DNA of 64,000 bases from assembly GCA_964573395.1 (NCBI GenBank), contig CAZNJI010000001.1, forward strand, positions 34,996-98,995. The letters run 5' to 3'. Below, one piece after another: positions 59,460 through 64,000 of this stretch (position 1 is the stretch's first letter; each line of letters starts with the position of its first letter). This DNA is from an uncultured Candidatus Saccharibacteria bacterium. Its GTDB lineage: Bacteria; Patescibacteriota; Minisyncoccia; Phycocordibacterales; UBA9973. The position numbers and the translations under genes are program-made. Under the pieces are notes generated by a model. That model was not told the DNA's origin, searched no databases, and worked only from the letters and a program-made list of their open reading frames with translations.

Positions 59460-62453
59460 ATGACATCTCCAGCTTTTGCCGAACTCTATGAAAAGCTCAA
59501 TCAGGGCCAGAAAAAGGCGGTAGATACGATTGAGGGGCCGGTAATGGTGATTGCCGGGCCGGGAACCGGCAAAACCCAAGTATTAACGCTGCGCATCGCG
59601 AACATCCTTTTAAAGACCGATACGGCTCCAGAGCAAATTCTGGCGCTCACCTTTACGGAGAGCGGCGTAGCGGCAATGCGAAAGCGCTTGGCGGCAATTA
59701 TTGGCGCGCCGGCCTACCGGGTAACCATTACCACCTTCCATAGCTTCTGCGATGGCATCATTAAGATGTACCCAGAATATTTTCCGCGGATTATCGGTTC
59801 GCGGCCGATCACGGAAGTGACCCAGGTGGGCATCATCGAAAAAATCGTTGATGCGGGCGATTTGAAACTGCTTCGGCCGTGGGGCGACCCGCACCTGTAT
59901 GTTCGATCGATTCTCTCTGCCATTAGCGACCTCAAGCGTGAAGGGGTTGTGCCGCGACGGTTTGAAACACTGGTGGCAGAGGCGCATGAGAGCGTTATGC
60001 ACTCGCCGGATCTCTATCATGAAAAAGGAGCGCACAAAGGAAAAATGAAGAGTGTGTACGTTGATGAGCTTCGCCGTATCGAAAAAAATAAGGAACTTGC
60101 TCTGGTGTACGGTGCGTACGAAAAAGCGCTGGCCGAAAACCGGCAGTACGATTTCAACGACATGATCGTTGAAGTATTGCTCGCACTTGTTGAGCACGAG
60201 CCGCTTTTGCGGATACTCCAGGAAAATTACCAGTATTTTTTAATCGACGAACACCAAGATACCAACAACGCGCAGAATAAAATCATCGAGCTTCTGGTAA
60301 GTTTTCACGATCAACCGAATTTGTTCGTGGTCGGAGACGAGAAGCAGGCGATCTTCCGGTTTCAGGGCGCATCGCTTGAAAATTTTTATTACTTCCGCGA
60401 TCGCTTCCCCGGCGCGATTGAAATTCCGCTCGTAGAAAATTACCGCTCAACCGGAAGCATTCTCTCGGTAGCGGACAGTTTGCTCGTTGGCCCCGAAAAG
60501 CTTCGATCGCAAACGGCAGCAGGCGCGCCGCTGAAGCTCTACGGGTTCAGTTCGTTCGATGCAGAGCATTTTTTCCTGGCACAAGACGTTAAAGAGCGGA
60601 TTGCTGCTGGAACTCTACCGGAAGAAATCGCCGTGCTGTATCGAAGCAATCGCGAAGCATTTGCCGTTGCTGAGGCGCTCAAGAAAAACGGCGTGCCGGT
60701 CTCCATTGAATCCGATGGAGATTTACTGAGCGATCGAGACGTTGCCACGCTCCTGTCGCTGCTGCGAACGGTTGCGTTTTTCGGTAATGACACGCACTTG
60801 GTGCCAGTGCTTCATAATCCGCTCTTCGGAATCGATCCGCTTGATGCCTACCGGCTCATTCGTGTTGCAAGCCAAAAGAGAATCTACAACATGTTCGACA
60901 TGCTCTACCGGCCGGAACTCTTGGAAGAAGTAAAGGCAGTGAAGCCCGATTCGATTACCGCGCTTGCCGACCTACTTTCAATGCTGCGCGACCTCTCGGC
61001 CAAAGAAACACTCCCGGTAACGTTTGAGCGCGCATTTGAAGCAAGCGGCCTGTTGAAAACAATGCTTGCGTCTCCTGCCGTATCAAACCGGCTCGAGGCG
61101 ATCGGAGAGCTCTTTCAAGAGGTGCGGCTTTTTGCCGAAGAAAACCCGAAAGGCACTTTGGCCGATTTCTTCAGCTATCTTGAGACGGTAGAGGCGCACG
61201 GGCTATTTATCAAGAAAACCGCTCCGTCGCGGAAGGCGGGAATGGTGCGGCTCATGACGGCGCACCGATCGAAAGGGCTCGAATTCGATATCGTCTACAT
61301 TATCCATGCGACGGCCGGCATTTGGGGAGACCGGAAAGATCGGGAATTGTTGCCGCTCATTCCGGAAGTGTATAAGCTTCGAGAAGGAGAAGATTCGTTT
61401 GATACTGATGCCCAAAACGACGAACGACGGCTGTTCTACGTAGCGCTTACCCGCGCCCGAAAAGAAATTATTCTTACCTATTCGGCGACAACGGCGCAGG
61501 GACGAGAAGCGATTCTTTCTCCATTTGTGCACGAAATCGAGCCGTCCTTAATTGAAACGGTTGCAACTGAGGCGATCGAAGCTCGGTTTAAAAAAGAGTG
61601 GCCAAGCACGCTCTCGAACAAAAAAAACAGTGTTCCGGAAAAAGATATTAGCAACGGCTATGTGAAGGAACTCTTTGATTCGCAGGGGTTTTCCGTTTCT
61701 GCGTTGAATAATTTTTTGGAGTGCCCGTGGAAATACTTTTACCAGAACCTGCTTCGGATTCCGGTAACGCCGAGCATGCAGCAGTACTACGGGCAAGCAA
61801 TGCATGCGGCAGTGGATGCATTCTTCAAGCGGCGGGTGGCAGAAGAAACTGATGCGGAATTTTTAGTAAATAGATTTAAGTCCGCGGTGCTCAATCTGCC
61901 GATCACTGAGCGCGATACGAATGAATTGCTTCTCAAAGGCGAGCGTGCGCTTCGCGGTTGGTACGAAGAATCGTTTAGCGACATTTCAGTTGCATATCCA
62001 GTTAAAACCGAATTTCGCATTAACGGCGTACTGCTTGATGACGTGAAGCTCACCGGCGTGCTCGACCGAATCGACTTTATCGGAGGAAACGACGTGCACG
62101 TGATCGACTACAAAACAGGAAAGCCGAAGTCGAGAAACGACATTGAGGGGAAAACCAAAACAAGCAATGGCAATTACTACCGCCAGCTCGTGTTCTATAA
62201 ACTCCTCTTGAGTCTCTATGATAACGGCAAGTACGAATTCAAATCGGGAGAACTCAATTTCTTGGAACCGGACGAAAAGGGGAAGTACAAAAAAGAGGTG
62301 TTCGAGGTGCCTGATGAAGACGTGGAAGATCTGAAGGTAACCATCAAAGAGTCGGCTGAAAAAATCAGAAACTTCGCATTTGCTCATGACCGTTGTGATA
62401 CTCCTGAGTGCGGCTTCTGCTCGCTTCGCAACCTTATGTCTTTAGAGGAATAA
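59460..62453 (+). CDS. UvrD/PcrA-like SF1 helicase fused to C-terminal PD-(D/E)xK nuclease with cysteine cluster
   Basis: The Walker A motif is AGPGTGKT. The helicase motifs FLIDEHQDTN, VVGDEKQAIFRFQGA and LMTAHRSKGLEFD are present. The C-terminal nuclease domain carries LDRIDFIGGNDVHVIDYKTG...YYRQLVFY, and the cysteines sit at C...CDTPECGFC. Confidence 0.85.
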   Translation: MTSPAFAELYEKLNQGQKKAVDTIEGPVMVIAGPGTGKTQVLTLRIANILLKTDTAPEQILALTFTESGVAAMRKRLAAIIGAPAYRVTITTFHSFCDGIIKMYPEYFPRIIGSRPITEVTQVGIIEKIVDAGDLKLLRPWGDPHLYVRSILSAISDLKREGVVPRRFETLVAEAHESVMHSPDLYHEKGAHKGKMKSVYVDELRRIEKNKELALVYGAYEKALAENRQYDFNDMIVEVLLALVEHEPLLRILQENYQYFLIDEHQDTNNAQNKIIELLVSFHDQPNLFVVGDEKQAIFRFQGASLENFYYFRDRFPGAIEIPLVENYRSTGSILSVADSLLVGPEKLRSQTAAGAPLKLYGFSSFDAEHFFLAQDVKERIAAGTLPEEIAVLYRSNREAFAVAEALKKNGVPVSIESDGDLLSDRDVATLLSLLRTVAFFGNDTHLVPVLHNPLFGIDPLDAYRLIRVASQKRIYNMFDMLYRPELLEEVKAVKPDSITALADLLSMLRDLSAKETLPVTFERAFEASGLLKTMLASPAVSNRLEAIGELFQEVRLFAEENPKGTLADFFSYLETVEAHGLFIKKTAPSRKAGMVRLMTAHRSKGLEFDIVYIIHATAGIWGDRKDRELLPLIPEVYKLREGEDSFDTDAQNDERRLFYVALTRARKEIILTYSATTAQGREAILSPFVHEIEPSLIETVATEAIEARFKKEWPSTLSNKKNSVPEKDISNGYVKELFDSQGFSVSALNNFLECPWKYFYQNLLRIPVTPSMQQYYGQAMHAAVDAFFKRRVAEETDAEFLVNRFKSAVLNLPITERDTNELLLKGERALRGWYEESFSDISVAYPVKTEFRINGVLLDDVKLTGVLDRIDFIGGNDVHVIDYKTGKPKSRNDIEGKTKTSNGNYYRQLVFYKLLLSLYDNGKYEFKSGELNFLEPDEKGKYKKEVFEVPDEDVEDLKVTIKESAEKIRNFAFAHDRCDTPECGFCSLRNLMSLEE

Positions 62454-62477
62454 GCTTTTTATTGAGTAATTTGCCAC

Positions 62478-62506
62478 TTGGAAAAACTGAAAAAACTTGC
62501 TATACT
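62478..62506 (+). promoter_or_regulatory. Candidate sigma70-type promoter upstream of gyrB
   Basis: TTGGAA at 62478-62483 is followed, after a 17-nt spacer, by TATACT at 62501-62506. An AAGCTT-attttct-AAGCTT palindrome follows at 62520-62538. Confidence 0.45.
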
Positions 62507-62554
62507 GAATCATCAATTTAAGCTTATTTTCTAAGCTTTTTATTTAAAACAGCA

Positions 62555-64000
62555 GTGGCAAAAGAGACCTCAAAAAAAGCATACGGTGCAGAGCAAATTT
62601 CGGTCCTTGAAGGGCTTGAGCCGGTGCGCCGCCGCCCGGGCATGTACATCGGCTCTACGGGAGCCGACGGCCTCCATCATCTGGTATGGGAAATCTTCGA
62701 CAACTCGCGCGATGAAGCGATGGGCGGCTACGCAAGCCACATTGAAGTAACGCTCCTTCCGAACGACACGGTACGCATCGTTGATAACGGCCGCGGCATT
62801 CCGGTAGATATTCATCCAAAAACAAAAGTTTCGGCGCTTGAAACGGTAATGACCACGCTCCACGCCGGAGGAAAATTCGGTGGCGAAGGATCGGGGTATA
62901 AAGTCTCCGGAGGCTTGCACGGCGTCGGTGCATCGGTGGTGAATGCGCTTTCAAACTATACTCGGGCTGAAGTGCACAAAGACGGCGCAGTGTGGGTGCA
63001 GGAATACGCGCGTGGAGAAAAGAAGGCGAATGTCAAAAAGGTTGGCACAACCAAGGAAAACGGAACCATCATCACCTTCCAGCCTGACGAAACTATTTTT
63101 AAAGAAGGGGTTCGGTTCGATTGGAAAACGATTGTCGACCGCATGCGCCAGCAGGCGTACTTGGTAAAGCGGCTCCGCATTACGGTCATTGATGCGCGCG
63201 AGGCAAAGGAAAAGATTGATCCGACCAAAATATTCTGGCTGAAAGAGCTCGGCCTTGAAGTGCCCAGCCAAACTTACTACTTCGAAGGCGGGCTTGTTTC
63301 CTTGGTAACGCACTACAATAGCCACCAGAAGCCGATTCACGAAACCATTTTTTATTGCGAGAAAGAAATCGATAATGTTGGCGTAGAAATCGCACTGCAG
63401 TACGTTGACGATATTACGCCTCGCATCGTTCCATTTGCGAACAACATTTACAACCCTGAAGCGGGAACGCACGTGACCGGTTTTAAAACAGCCCTTACTC
63501 GCCTTTTGAATACCTACGGAAAGAAAAACAATCTGATTAAGGAATCAGACGGTGGGTTTACCGGCGACGACGTTTTGGAAGGATTAACGGCGGTGGTTTC
63601 CGTAAAGCTTGCTGAAATTCAGTTCGAAGGGCAGACGAAAGCGAAGCTCGGCTCAACGGAAGCACAAGGTGCAACCGCAACCGCGTTTGGCGATGCATTT
63701 GCAACATTTTTGGAAGAACATCCAGACGAAGCAAAAGCGATTATCATGAAATCGCTGTTGGCACTTCGCGCCCGCAAAGCAGCTAAGGCAGCGAAAGATT
63801 CTATTTTGCGAAAAGGAGCGCTTGAGGGCATGACTTTGCCAGGAAAGCTTGCCGACTGCCAGACGAAAGATGCAGAAGATGCAGAACTGTTTATTGTTGA
63901 GGGAGATTCCGCTGGAGGCTCGGCAAAGCAGGGTCGTGATCGTACCATTCAGGCTGTGCTTCCCCTTCGCGGAAAAATTTTGAACGTTGAACGAGCGCGA
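62555..64000 (+). CDS. gyrB: DNA gyrase subunit B, N-terminal 482 codons (3'-truncated by the window edge)
   Basis: A GTG start gives the translation AKETSKKAYGAEQISVLEGLEPVRRRPGMYIGSTGADGLHHLVWEIFDNSRDEA...LHAGGKFGG. The reading frame is open to nt 64000. The ORF track shows only spurious antisense ORFs here. Confidence 0.9.
   Translation, partial: MAKETSKKAYGAEQISVLEGLEPVRRRPGMYIGSTGADGLHHLVWEIFDNSRDEAMGGYASHIEVTLLPNDTVRIVDNGRGIPVDIHPKTKVSALETVMTTLHAGGKFGGEGSGYKVSGGLHGVGASVVNALSNYTRAEVHKDGAVWVQEYARGEKKANVKKVGTTKENGTIITFQPDETIFKEGVRFDWKTIVDRMRQQAYLVKRLRITVIDAREAKEKIDPTKIFWLKELGLEVPSQTYYFEGGLVSLVTHYNSHQKPIHETIFYCEKEIDNVGVEIALQYVDDITPRIVPFANNIYNPEAGTHVTGFKTALTRLLNTYGKKNNLIKESDGGFTGDDVLEGLTAVVSVKLAEIQFEGQTKAKLGSTEAQGATATAFGDAFATFLEEHPDEAKAIIMKSLLALRARKAAKAAKDSILRKGALEGMTLPGKLADCQTKDAEDAELFIVEGDSAGGSAKQGRDRTIQAVLPLRGKILNVERAR

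Noticed and set aside
62570-63948. Several minus-strand ORFs (62570..62920, 62951..63472, 63619..63948)
   Set aside because: The region is the plus-strand gyrB N-terminus, which has an unmistakable GyrB translation. The antisense ORFs are spurious.

Overview
This window appears to come from a small-genome, Candidate-Phyla-Radiation (Patescibacteria)-like bacterium. That assignment is an inference from the rRNA architecture, the gene content and the giant surface proteins.

Genes and operon elements:
- Glycan locus I (1-8572): GT4 and GT2 glycosyltransferases, two SAM methyltransferases, a DUF2334-like deacetylase, a Wzx-type flippase and a polyprenyl-phosphate sugar phosphotransferase.
- rplJ-rplL (9860-10757) with a structured leader and a terminator.
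- An rRNA unit (13386-17627) carrying 23S and 5S but no 16S and no tRNA, with its own promoter.
- FtsW/RodA, a PAP2 phosphatase, SecD and SecF.
- Glycan locus II (23623-52302), about 29 kb. Details are in the features and findings below.
- LemA, HtpX, tRNA-Ser(GGA), a metallophosphoesterase, a UvrD-like helicase fused to a PD-(D/E)xK nuclease with a cysteine cluster, and the 5' part of gyrB.

Structure inside and around the 23S gene:
- A roughly 330-nt stem-closed intervening sequence lies at the helix-45 site.
- A 435-nt ORF-less group I intron sits at the position equivalent to E. coli U2593. The conserved group I R and S elements (paired region P7) and the P and Q elements (P4) are visible in the sequence.

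Glycan locus II includes:
- processive GT2 synthases with QxxRW motifs;
- two paralogous GT-C-like polytopic membrane proteins;
- a 1363-aa secreted multi-domain protein;
- a HAS/NodC-like synthase followed by a tandem-NodB deacetylase;
- a secreted GH6 hydrolase with a peptidoglycan-binding tail;
- a 1554-aa single-polypeptide fusion GT2-GT2-flippase-GT4;
- a pyruvyl transferase.

Other findings:
- An in-frame, diverged duplicate of the htpX 3' end lies between htpX and the tRNA-Ser.
- Two adjacent convergent genes both end in peptidoglycan-binding-like domains.
- There are tandem acidic repeats and a duplicated 30-mer inside coding linkers.

No CRISPR array, integrase or transposase was seen. 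All functional calls are from reading motifs in the ORF translations. No database search was run.
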